Source of the DNA: a virus
Lineage: Duplodnaviria > Caudoviricetes
Direction: 5' to 3' (one strand)
Length of the DNA stretch: 27,892 bases
IMG/VR virus record: IMGVR_UViG_3300044448_008510
Span: 1-27,892 of that record
In this document: positions 9,599-18,497 of the stretch, in pieces
Position numbering within the stretch: position 1 is the stretch's first letter
How the letters are laid out: the number at the start of each line of letters is the position of its first letter
The notes under the pieces: model-generated
Seen by the model: the letters and a program-made list of their open reading frames with translations, nothing else
What the model was told of the DNA's origin: nothing
The model's database searches: none
Translations under genes and position numbers: made by a program

Positions 9599-10159
9599 TT
9601 AAGTTTTATTAATCAATATTTTAAAATCCCTAAAATATAAATAATCTATTTTAGTATTCATAAAGCAATTTAAAGCATGTTCGGGGGTTTCAACTATAGG
9701 TTCTTGATTATTAAAACTTGTATTTAATAAAATAGGAACCCCCGTTTTTTCCTTAAACTTTTTTAAAAAATTATAATACCAAGGATTATCTTTTTTAGTT
9801 ACAGTTTGTAATCTTCCAGTTCCATCAAAATGTACTACGGCAGGAACTTTATTTCTTACTTCTTTTTTAAAAGGAATAACAAAAGACATATAAGGGCTAT
9901 CAATATCTTTTTCAAACCAATCTTTTACATCTTCTCTTAGAATAGAAGGAGCAAATGGTCTAAACCACTCTCTATGTTTAACTTTATCATTAATAATATC
10001 TTTCATTTTTTCATCTCGAGGATCTGCTAATATGCTTCTATTACCCAATGCTCTTCTACCTGACTCGGATCCCCCTCCAAATACACAAACTATTTTTTGG
10101 TTGCATAATAACTGTATAACTTGATCATCAGTTGCTTTTTTATTTATATTTAATTTCAT
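9599..10159 (-). CDS. O-carbamoyltransferase, C-terminal YrdC-like half only
   Basis: SESGRRALGNRSILADPR, VKHREWFRPFAPS, PAVVHFDGTGRLQTV and LLNTSFN..EPIVETP. Confidence 0.92.
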   Translation of the reverse strand: MKLNINKKATDDQVIQLLCNQKIVCVFGGGSESGRRALGNRSILADPRDEKMKDIINDKVKHREWFRPFAPSILREDVKDWFEKDIDSPYMSFVIPFKKEVRNKVPAVVHFDGTGRLQTVTKKDNPWYYNFLKKFKEKTGVPILLNTSFNNQEPIVETPEHALNCFMNTKIDYLYFRDFKILINKT

Positions 10160-10899
10160 TTTATTTTTATAAAATTTTGATTCTCAAGTTTATTAAAATA
10201 TTCTTCTTCATGTTTAAAATTATGTCCCTGTTTATAAGGAGTTATTTTTTGAAAATAATGTTTTTTATTCCAATTGTTTTCTTTATAAAAATTAAAACCA
10301 TACACCGAAACATTAGATGAAAAAGCACATGCTAGAATAACAGCACAAAAACCCATTGTTACATCTTGAGATTTACTTAATGTATTACAATAATCTAAAA
10401 ATTCTTTGGTAAAAAAATGAATAGTATTTTTTGAATTATAATTCTTTACTATTCCCTGAATAGCATTATTTAAAGGGGTAGCTTTAATTATTAAAGTTTC
10501 ATTTAAACTAGGAATAAAATTATCATCAAAAGCTTCAAATTTATCTTTTAAATTATGCCAAAAAGATTTTCCTGCAATACATCTTATAGAAGTTCTAGAT
10601 CCTACATATTTTTCAAATCCCTTTATTCTTGCTAAATTACACCTTATTACTAAATCATGGCTATCGATTTCTTTACCTAATTCCCTATCTAAAAGAATTC
10701 CCGAATTTCCTATAACAGCTATTGAAGGATTATTTTTAATGTTTAACCTAGGTACATTCATTTCCCTAATCCGAGTTACTATTTGATCAAGTTTTAAACC
10801 TGAATTTTTAACTATTGGGTAGTCCAAAGATCGAGGGACATTAAATACCCTATCAATCTCATTATCATCTATAATATAATTTTTTAACTTATTAAACAT
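10156..10899 (-). CDS. GT29-family (eukaryote-type) sialyltransferase-like protein
   Basis: Sialylmotif L (IAVIGNSGILLDRELGKEIDSHDLVIRCN...FEKYVGSRT), motif S (VTMGFCAVILACAFSSNVSVYGF), motif III (HYF) and motif VS (HNFKHEE), in the correct order. Confidence 0.88.
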   Translation of the reverse strand: MFNKLKNYIIDDNEIDRVFNVPRSLDYPIVKNSGLKLDQIVTRIREMNVPRLNIKNNPSIAVIGNSGILLDRELGKEIDSHDLVIRCNLARIKGFEKYVGSRTSIRCIAGKSFWHNLKDKFEAFDDNFIPSLNETLIIKATPLNNAIQGIVKNYNSKNTIHFFTKEFLDYCNTLSKSQDVTMGFCAVILACAFSSNVSVYGFNFYKENNWNKKHYFQKITPYKQGHNFKHEEEYFNKLENQNFIKIK

Positions 10900-11699
10900 T
10901 AATAATCATACTTAATATTTAAATTTTCTAATAAATCCTTCATATAAGGTTGTAAAATATATTTATCCTGTAAATTTTGTCTTATTTGTCTATCTATAGC
11001 CCCCCTAGCATGGCCCTTACTATGTTTATTATCTGCCCCAATTGCTGTAAAAATTGCATATCTATCTCCTGAATATTGTTCCCCCTTATGAAGTAATCTA
11101 GCATCAAATATTATACAGTCCCCCGCTTTACTAGGAATGTAAAAAGGATCTTCAAATTGCTCTATATTAATCCTATTATATAATTTATTTTCATTTTCCG
11201 GGATTGAATGAGAAGCAGGTATTACTGAAAATCCTCCTCCATTTATATGATCCTGTAAATAAATAGCCATTCTGTATATACCATATTTTTCTCCATCTTC
11301 ATCCCAAACTCCCCCTTTATCTTTAGTATTGTGTTTCCCACCATCATAATATATATTTTGAACATCAGAATGCCATCCTTTAGCACCAGGCATATTAAGA
11401 TGAATATCAAAATGGTGTACATATCTAATCTTATTATCGGTAATATTTTTTATAACTTCAATCAATCTAGAATTACTAAAAATCCCCTTCATGGGTTCAA
11501 AATATGGATCGTTTATGCCATCAGGTTTTAAAGTAGAAGTAGGAGCTTTAACATAACCCTTACATCTATTTTTATTATTAGAAAAATATTCTTTTATTAA
11601 ATTTTTATATAAAATAACCTCTTCTTTACTTAAAAAATTTTCTAATACAGTAAATCCATGAGATTTTAAATAATTAGTATGTTGAATTATATCTTCCAT
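10899..11699 (-). CDS. Phytanoyl-CoA dioxygenase (PhyH)-family 2OG-Fe(II) oxygenase
   Basis: GFTVLENFLS, WHSD (HxD), IYLQD, VIPASH, AGDCIIFDARLLHKG and a distal Arg. Confidence 0.85.
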   Translation of the reverse strand: MEDIIQHTNYLKSHGFTVLENFLSKEEVILYKNLIKEYFSNNKNRCKGYVKAPTSTLKPDGINDPYFEPMKGIFSNSRLIEVIKNITDNKIRYVHHFDIHLNMPGAKGWHSDVQNIYYDGGKHNTKDKGGVWDEDGEKYGIYRMAIYLQDHINGGGFSVIPASHSIPENENKLYNRINIEQFEDPFYIPSKAGDCIIFDARLLHKGEQYSGDRYAIFTAIGADNKHSKGHARGAIDRQIRQNLQDKYILQPYMKDLLENLNIKYDY

Positions 11700-11715
11700 T
11701 TTTTATTTATTAATT

Positions 11716-11744
11716 AATATACAAAAAAATAATTAAAATTACAA
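11716..11744 (-). promoter_or_regulatory. Candidate sigma70-type promoter TTGTAA-N17-TATATT
   Basis: Lies in the largest intergenic gap of the island (11700-11751), with exact 17-nt spacing, 16 nt upstream of the PhyH ATG. The AT-rich background weakens the call. Confidence 0.5.
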
Positions 11745-11751
11745 ATTATAT

Positions 11752-12516
11752 TCATTGTTTTAATGAAAAAGGGCAAATTCCTTTAAAATTAGGGTAATTA
11801 GTTTCTCCTAATTTAATCATCCCATTATAATGATTAGGTTGCCATTCATTATTAAAATAAATTTCTTTTGCCCCACTTAAAACGGCAGCCCACCAAGAAA
11901 AAGTACTATTTGAAAATAATATTTTATTAAATTGTCTAATAAAATTAAAATCTTGCATTATTTGAGAAACTGCTTTTTTACGTTCTTCATTGTCTCTTAT
12001 AGTAGCGGTTGAAAAAATTGTAGCATTATAATGTTGTTGAAATTTTAAAGCATCAGAGGAATTAGGTTCATCTGTTACTAAAAACATTTTTGAAAACTGT
12101 ATATTATTATCATCTATAGCTTTTTTATACCATTCAAAAGGAGTATAAACATTAGATCCATTATCACCTAATCTAAGATGAACGACTAACTCATTAGGGT
12201 CTCTTTTTGGAATAGGTGGAAAAAAAGTTTTAATTTTATCTAAATAATTGGAATAATTATGAGGATTTTCTAATTCAACTGCTTGTGTTTTATTATAATC
12301 AATTAATAATTGACATTCATGGGTTGAGTCCATTTTCTTTATATCCTGAGGGTCTTTAACCATACCAAACTCAATTAAATCTACTGCACAAGCACGTCCT
12401 TTTCCATTATGAACTAGTTCCCATCCTTTTTCTTCTGAGATTATTTTTCCATAAGCATATTGAAATAATTGATTTCCAAACCCATTTCTCCATAAAATTA
12501 CTACTGATTTTTTCAT
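11752..12516 (-). CDS. GT11 alpha-1,2-fucosyltransferase family
   Basis: NGFGNQLFQYAYG, VHLRLGD, TDEP and SNSTFSWWAA; gmd and fcl nearby. Confidence 0.9.
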   Translation of the reverse strand: MKKSVVILWRNGFGNQLFQYAYGKIISEEKGWELVHNGKGRACAVDLIEFGMVKDPQDIKKMDSTHECQLLIDYNKTQAVELENPHNYSNYLDKIKTFFPPIPKRDPNELVVHLRLGDNGSNVYTPFEWYKKAIDDNNIQFSKMFLVTDEPNSSDALKFQQHYNATIFSTATIRDNEERKKAVSQIMQDFNFIRQFNKILFSNSTFSWWAAVLSGAKEIYFNNEWQPNHYNGMIKLGETNYPNFKGICPFSLKQ

Positions 12517-12534
12517 TTATTTGTATTTAGTTTT

Positions 12535-13341
12535 TTAAATTATTGGATACCATTGTCTGTTAATTATCATTCCACAATTTATATCTTTAGGAATAATATT
12601 ATTATTTTTCATTTCATTTATAATACTAGGATCTAGAGAGATATGATTAGTATCATAGGCAGAACAATGAAAATTTAATCTATTAAAATCCTTATACCAA
12701 TTTCTCCAAAGAGCATTAGTATTAAAGATAATTGCATTATCAGGTGGACTAACTGGGTTTAGTAATGAAGTTGAAATAATATCATATTTTTTATTTTTAG
12801 ATTGGATTGTACCTTCTTTTTCTAAAGTCCAAGGAGTTCTACCTGATTTATATAATTCTATTAAAAAATCTCTTTTGTAAATAGACCAGGCTACACTTAC
12901 TCTATACTCTGCTTCATCGGAAGCGCTAACTATGTCAATACCGTCTATAGTATCTAAATAATAATGGGGTCGTGTTACTAAATCTCTAGTTAAACTAACT
13001 CTACCAACTTTTTTATTAACATCTAAATATTTAATAATAGTATTATAAAGATTAACGTTCACATAATCTACTAAAAAATTATCATCAACACAGGTTATTA
13101 CATACTCATCATCTATAGACATAAAATAATTTCTTAAATCGTCTGAGTAGTATTTAAGATTATCATCCTTACCTAAGGAAATAAATGTGCAGTTTTTGGG
13201 TAATTTAAAATTAGGAGGGTTATAGCCTAAATAAACTACTTCCGTAGTATCATCCCAAAATTTATTAAAAAGGAACATAAATGGTTTAATTAACCATAAA
13301 TAATTGTCACAGGTAGGTATGTATATTTTTAATTTTTTCAT
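12535..13341 (-). CDS. Putative GT-A-fold glycosyltransferase (unclassified)
   Basis: YIPTCDNY...FNKFW, YVITCVDDNFL (DD motif) and TPWTLE resemble orphan GT-like proteins of polysaccharide loci. Confidence 0.55.
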   Translation of the reverse strand: MKKLKIYIPTCDNYLWLIKPFMFLFNKFWDDTTEVVYLGYNPPNFKLPKNCTFISLGKDDNLKYYSDDLRNYFMSIDDEYVITCVDDNFLVDYVNVNLYNTIIKYLDVNKKVGRVSLTRDLVTRPHYYLDTIDGIDIVSASDEAEYRVSVAWSIYKRDFLIELYKSGRTPWTLEKEGTIQSKNKKYDIISTSLLNPVSPPDNAIIFNTNALWRNWYKDFNRLNFHCSAYDTNHISLDPSIINEMKNNNIIPKDINCGMIINRQWYPII

Positions 13342-13342
13342 T

Positions 13343-14053
13343 TTATATAACCTTTCTTTGTTTTAAACCAAGGGGCTCATAATGTTGTACTACTGCTTTT
13401 TTGGGTATAGCAAATTTTCTATTACCTACTAACGAGTGTAAAATTCCTTCACCATGAGAAAACCATTCATAACAATTAGGTAATGCTAATGAAAATCTAT
13501 TAGATTTTTGATTGGTATTATATATAGTAAGAAATTCATTAAGAAAATCCTTTTTATAAAGTGCTACAGAAGATAAACAACTACCGGGATACTTTAAACT
13601 ACTAACAACATGTAAATATTCTTTTGAATCATATAAGGGTAAATATTGAGGGTTAGTACCATAATTTTTAACATCTTCAATTCTATGCATTAGCATATAA
13701 TCACATTCATATTCTATAAATTCCCTAAATAAATTTTTAAAGTAAAATTTATCTTTTGTAACTATCTTAAAATCCTCGGGTATAATTAGTACATAATCCT
13801 CGTTGATATCTAATAACATACTTTGAATTATTTTACCCCAATCTTTAGTTAAATTATTATAAAAATTTAAATTTTGAGGAGGAATTTCATTTTCATAAAT
13901 AGAATAGACTTTATTAAAATTTATATCAGTGTTATAATTTATATAAAAATTATTATCCCTAAAATATTGTGCAAAAGAGGGAAAAGTTTTTCTAAAAATT
14001 TTTAAACGTTTAGATTTAGTTAATATAAAATTTTGTAAAATAGCTACATTCAC
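13343..14053 (-). CDS. Hypothetical protein, possibly a GT-A-like glycosyltransferase
   Basis: DYVLIIPEDF (ED motif after a beta strand), ALYKKDFL and late VVQHYE; loosely parallels the neighbouring ORF. Confidence 0.45.
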   Translation of the reverse strand: MNVAILQNFILTKSKRLKIFRKTFPSFAQYFRDNNFYINYNTDINFNKVYSIYENEIPPQNLNFYNNLTKDWGKIIQSMLLDINEDYVLIIPEDFKIVTKDKFYFKNLFREFIEYECDYMLMHRIEDVKNYGTNPQYLPLYDSKEYLHVVSSLKYPGSCLSSVALYKKDFLNEFLTIYNTNQKSNRFSLALPNCYEWFSHGEGILHSLVGNRKFAIPKKAVVQHYEPLGLKQRKVI

Positions 14054-14955
14054 TTTCTAACTTTATTATAATTTTTTATAAACCACTCTATAGTTTCTCT
14101 TAATCCTATTTCCAAAGGAGTGAATTCAAATTCAGGTAATATTGATAATAATTTTGAATTATCCGCTGGCTTTCTATACTGCCCATCAGGTTTATCTGAT
14201 AGCCATTTTACTTTACCTTTAAAATCCATTATATTAACTATTATTTCGACTATTTGTTTAATTGAATATTCTTTAGATGAAGTTAATATAATAGGCTTAT
14301 TACTATCATATTTTTCTAGTAATAAACTACATATTTTTGCAACATCTTTAGAATATAAAAATTCTCTTAGAGGTTTACCTGACCCCCATACTTCAAAATC
14401 TGTGTTGTTTTTCTTTGCTAAATAACATTTATGGATTAATGAGGGTAAAACATGGCCATTTTCTATATCAAAATTATCATTTGGTCCGTATATATTAGTT
14501 GGAATCACAGACATATAATTTAATCCATATTGTTCTCTATAAGCTTGTATTTGCACATCAGCCATTCTCTTTGCATATGCATATCCAAAATTAGAATTAT
14601 GTGGTTCTCCTAAGTGAATTTTATCTTCAGTTAGAGGGTATTCTGTCTTATCAGGAAAGACGCATGTTGATAAAAAACAAACTAACTTTTTTACGCCACT
14701 TGTTCTACATGCTTCAATAACATTAGTATTTATCATTATATTATCATAATAATATTCTCCCTTAGCATTAAGATTACCCCCTAAACCACCTACTCTACCC
14801 GCACAATGGATTACATGAGTAGGTTTTAACACCTTAAAAGCTGCTTTTGTTTCATGAAAATCTTTTAAATCTACATCTTTAGAGCTAATTTTAACATCAG
14901 CATTATCTATTGCTGACCCTACTAGCCCGGTACCTCCTGTTACTAATAATTTCAT
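14050..14955 (-). CDS. fcl: GDP-L-fucose synthase
   Basis: TGGTGLVG, AGRVGGL..N, LSTCVFP, YAYAKR, PTNIYGPNDNF, HVLPSL, WGSGKPLREFLY and KPDGQ. Confidence 0.95.
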   Translation of the reverse strand: MKLLVTGGTGLVGSAIDNADVKISSKDVDLKDFHETKAAFKVLKPTHVIHCAGRVGGLGGNLNAKGEYYYDNIMINTNVIEACRTSGVKKLVCFLSTCVFPDKTEYPLTEDKIHLGEPHNSNFGYAYAKRMADVQIQAYREQYGLNYMSVIPTNIYGPNDNFDIENGHVLPSLIHKCYLAKKNNTDFEVWGSGKPLREFLYSKDVAKICSLLLEKYDSNKPIILTSSKEYSIKQIVEIIVNIMDFKGKVKWLSDKPDGQYRKPADNSKLLSILPEFEFTPLEIGLRETIEWFIKNYNKVRK

Positions 14956-14957
14956 AA

Positions 14958-15620
14958 TTATTTATTTTTATTTATATTTAAGATATTATAATACTCACCA
15001 ATAATAAACTTATTACTCATTGTCGCACTTTCTCCATTATATGAACTATCATAATTTACAGGGGGTATAACTCTAAAATCAAAACTACATCTTGTAACCC
15101 CTGTGTTGTTAAATTTATTATGATGTCTTAATTTATTTCCATAAAACATTATAAATTCTCCAAATTCCATAGGACGGGACTTATAATCGGCTAAACCAGG
15201 AATAGACTCTATATAAACCCCATTTGTATCCCACATCTTAGTTAAGGGCATTATAATATTAATTTCTCCCGTAGGGTGTTTATGGAGATGATCTCCGTCA
15301 CAGTGAGGAGTGTATATAGCTTTACCCTCTGGTTGGTTAACTCTAAAGGATGGGGTTTTTTGGTATATTAGCTTCGATTCTTCAGTGAACATTGGACCTA
15401 TAACGTTTTGAATAAATGATTTATATAATTCAATGAATTCTGGCCATCCTGCTCTTAATTTATCATAAAATATACTATGCCAAATAGAGTCAGTGTCCAT
15501 TCCAACGGCTCCTTGTGAATGATCAAGATTATCATTTAATTCATTAAGATTATAATCATATAGTGAAGATAATAATTTATCAAAAGGATAAATTTTTTTA
15601 TCAAATTTTAATATTTTCAT
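14958..15620 (-). CDS. StrG-like 2OG-Fe(II) dioxygenase-fold protein
   Basis: YQKTPSFRV, HCD (HxD), HPTGEINIIMPLT, LRHHN..N.TG.TRCSFDFRV (distal His and RxS). Confidence 0.7.
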   Translation of the reverse strand: MKILKFDKKIYPFDKLLSSLYDYNLNELNDNLDHSQGAVGMDTDSIWHSIFYDKLRAGWPEFIELYKSFIQNVIGPMFTEESKLIYQKTPSFRVNQPEGKAIYTPHCDGDHLHKHPTGEINIIMPLTKMWDTNGVYIESIPGLADYKSRPMEFGEFIMFYGNKLRHHNKFNNTGVTRCSFDFRVIPPVNYDSSYNGESATMSNKFIIGEYYNILNINKNK

Positions 15621-15632
15621 TTTTTGTATTAA

Positions 15633-16610
15633 TTAATTGTTTTTTTTAAAAAATTCTAACCAATAGTCGGTCATTTCTTCCATCATTTTTTTAAATGTGT
15701 ACGTAGGTTTCCATCCTAACTCAGTTCTAATTTTAGTAGAATCCCCCTTTAAATAAGGTAATTCTTCAGGTCTTAAAAATTTAGGATTCTGTTTTACATA
15801 ATTTTTATAATCTAAATCTAAATGATTGAAAACTAACTTACACATTTCCCTAACTGAATGGGTTTCCATAGTTGATACTACCCAATCATCAGGCTTATCA
15901 TGTTGTAATATTAAATACATAGCTCTTACATAATCATATGAATGACCCCAATCCCTATAAGAATCCATATTACCTAATTCTAATTTATCTTGTAAACCTA
16001 ACTTTATCCTAGCTGCTGCTTTAGCTACTTTATTTGTTACAAAATTACTGCCTCTTCTAGGAGATTCATGATTAAATAAAATACCATTAGTTGCGTGTAA
16101 CCCATAAGCACGTCTATAATTTCTTACTACATTATACCCAAATACTTTTGAGCATCCATAAGGTGAAACTGGGTTCATTATAGTTGTTTCTCTTTGAAAA
16201 TTATCTTCTTCTACAGATAACCCAAACATTTCAGAACTACTGGCTTGATAAAATTTAGCTTTAGGGCAAGATCTACGATATGCCTCTAAAATATTTAGTA
16301 CCCCTATGGAATTTGTTTGAACCGTAAATTGAGGGATATCAAAACTAATTCTAACATGGGACTGAGCAGCAAGATTATAAATTTCATCGGGTTGGATTTT
16401 ATCTAATAATCTTTCTATTCCCCCCTGATCTAATAAATCCCCATAATAAGTTATTAAATTAGGTTGTATTTGTTGAATTCTAGTATTTTGTTCTTCTGCT
16501 ACCGAGTGTCTTCTAACAATACCATAAACTTTATAACCTAGTTCTAAAAGATATTCAGCTAAATAGGAACCATCCTGCCCATTTATACCAGTAATAAATG
16601 CTTTTTTCAT
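15633..16610 (-). CDS. gmd: GDP-mannose 4,6-dehydratase
   Basis: ITGINGQDGSYLAE, YNLAAQSHV, QASSSEMFG, SPYGCSK, NHESPRRG.NFVT, RDWGH and RPEE. Confidence 0.97.
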   Translation of the reverse strand: MKKAFITGINGQDGSYLAEYLLELGYKVYGIVRRHSVAEEQNTRIQQIQPNLITYYGDLLDQGGIERLLDKIQPDEIYNLAAQSHVRISFDIPQFTVQTNSIGVLNILEAYRRSCPKAKFYQASSSEMFGLSVEEDNFQRETTIMNPVSPYGCSKVFGYNVVRNYRRAYGLHATNGILFNHESPRRGSNFVTNKVAKAAARIKLGLQDKLELGNMDSYRDWGHSYDYVRAMYLILQHDKPDDWVVSTMETHSVREMCKLVFNHLDLDYKNYVKQNPKFLRPEELPYLKGDSTKIRTELGWKPTYTFKKMMEEMTDYWLEFFKKNN

Positions 16611-17308
16611 TATTTAAATATTTTTTTACTTGATAAATCCGAATATGTATTAGAATGACCTGTATCTTGATTAAAATCCGGAATTTGATCCATTAATAAT
16701 ATACCCCTAGCTGCATCTTCTGGTGTCATATAATAATGCCATCCTATCATTTTAAAATTATCATCAGCATAGTATGTATTTAAATCCCTACCATCATAAG
16801 AAGCATATTTTAACCAATCATAAGCTTTCTTACTATTAGTCATTATCATCCCTCCTCTTCCAATTGGAATTCTTTTTTTAATTTGAAAAGATACAACTTG
16901 TAAAGCATCCCCCCCTACAAACATATTCTTTGTCCACCTAACAGCACCATCCCATATAGGATAAGGTTTTAATTGGTAGACTCCACTCCATTCTAAATCT
17001 TCAAATTTAACTTTACATCCGGCGTGTAATATTTGCATAGGGGTAGATACATATGTATTTTTTGGAATAGTAATAGTACCTTTACATTCTAAATATTTCA
17101 TACATAAAAATAATCCATGTGAACAACAATCAACAGCTACAGCATATTTACTTCCCGCAAATTTTGCAACTTTTTTTTCAAATATATCAATTACATCCCT
17201 AGGATCTTTCCAATCATATCCTTTTTCTTTTATTTGGTCTAATTCAGGTCGTTGCCATTTTTTAGGTAATTTACCTACAGGCCATATATTATACTTTATT
17301 TTTTTCAT
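16610..17308 (-). CDS. Short DegT/DnrJ/EryC1/StrS-family PLP aminotransferase-like protein
   Basis: FEKKVAKFAGSKYAVAV, PKNTYVST, IWDGA, VSFQIKK (SFxxxK) and GRGGMIMT; only 232 aa. Confidence 0.8.
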   Translation of the reverse strand: MKKIKYNIWPVGKLPKKWQRPELDQIKEKGYDWKDPRDVIDIFEKKVAKFAGSKYAVAVDCCSHGLFLCMKYLECKGTITIPKNTYVSTPMQILHAGCKVKFEDLEWSGVYQLKPYPIWDGAVRWTKNMFVGGDALQVVSFQIKKRIPIGRGGMIMTNSKKAYDWLKYASYDGRDLNTYYADDNFKMIGWHYYMTPEDAARGILLMDQIPDFNQDTGHSNTYSDLSSKKIFK

Positions 17309-17726
17309 TTTTATTTTTTATAAATTCTTTATCTAACTCCCGTCCCTCATATGGACCGGTTTTATATTCATATACTAATGTATCATCTTGTAATATTGTA
17401 TATGTATGGGCACCCTCTAACGTAAAGCTAGCATCTCCGGGTTTTAATATAGGTTCCATTATTATAGTATTGTCTAAATCATAAAAATGGCATTTAACCT
17501 TGCCCTGAATTACTATCCAACTTTCCTGGGCTATAACATTCCTAGTTCTTTCTTTCCATATATGCTTATGAGGTGGAAATGTTTTTTTATTTTCCATTCT
17601 TAAAGTAGCACATTGAATAAAATTATCCGCAGGTACTATATCTGTCCTGCCAGGTTTTAAATTATTTTTTCTTACTACTATATGTAATAACCTATTAGGA
17701 ATTATTTTTGAATATATCTTTTCCAT
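17289..17726 (-). CDS. Cupin (WbuC/sugar isomerase-like)
   Basis: PPHKH, QESWIVIQG, LKPGD, GAHTY and EYKTGPY give a cupin metal-binding pattern. Confidence 0.75.
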   Translation of the reverse strand: MEKIYSKIIPNRLLHIVVRKNNLKPGRTDIVPADNFIQCATLRMENKKTFPPHKHIWKERTRNVIAQESWIVIQGKVKCHFYDLDNTIIMEPILKPGDASFTLEGAHTYTILQDDTLVYEYKTGPYEGRELDKEFIKNKNEKNKV

Positions 17727-17732
17727 AACCTA

Positions 17733-18497
17733 TTACTGAATTTCTGATATCATTTCTTTTTTATATTTATACCATAATTTTGATAATTCATTCTCGTCTT
17801 CCTTTTGTTCCCAAGGTTTACTAAATACTGGTCTATTTCCTGTAGGTAAAGCACCTGCCCAATGAATTATTCTAGTATCTTCTGTAATTTTATAGTTATG
17901 GGTTAGATGTCCCTGGGGAGATACTTTCCAATTATAACCCTCAGGAAGCAAATTAAAGGATGGAATAACATGATTAATCATATGCTGTGTGAATAATCTA
18001 GTAGTTCCAAATTTAGATATGCTATCAACCATATCTCTATATGTTTTTTCATCCAAATATTTTTTTCCAATAACCATTAACCCACAATTTATATCTTTAG
18101 GACTTCCCCCACACCCTGAAACATGATCATTTGGAGAATTTTCTATACCCTCAGAAATGTCCCGTATGCAAAGCATGTCACAATCAAAAAAGAATACTTT
18201 ATCATAATTAGAGGGTCTAAAACATTCTAAAGATAAAAAAGCAGTTCTATGTTTAGGATATTTAACAGGAGCATTAATATATTCATTTCTATTTATATCT
18301 TCAAATTCAATATGTGGAACTAATTTTTTTAGTTTAGATTGATTTTCTATAGATATTCCTGCTATTTCAGTACTATGCATTATTTTTATGGGATAATCCA
18401 TAAAATTTTTAACATTTTTTTTCATAGAATAGATCATAACAAGGGCTCCATCTATAAAATTATCATCTAAATGTGTAGTAAATAAAATATTTTTCAT
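17733..18497 (-). CDS. GT8-family glycosyltransferase
   Basis: YDKVFFFDCDML (DxD), INCGLMVI, YN and IIHWAG...KPW. Confidence 0.85.
   Translation of the reverse strand: MKNILFTTHLDDNFIDGALVMIYSMKKNVKNFMDYPIKIMHSTEIAGISIENQSKLKKLVPHIEFEDINRNEYINAPVKYPKHRTAFLSLECFRPSNYDKVFFFDCDMLCIRDISEGIENSPNDHVSGCGGSPKDINCGLMVIGKKYLDEKTYRDMVDSISKFGTTRLFTQHMINHVIPSFNLLPEGYNWKVSPQGHLTHNYKITEDTRIIHWAGALPTGNRPVFSKPWEQKEDENELSKLWYKYKKEMISEIQ

Noticed and set aside
8401-9601. Stop-codon recoding or frameshift fusion around the carbamoyltransferase halves
   Set aside because: The standard code yields full, tightly packed genes throughout. The TAG at 8403 is followed by an out-of-frame ATG, and the halves are in swapped order with their own starts and stops.
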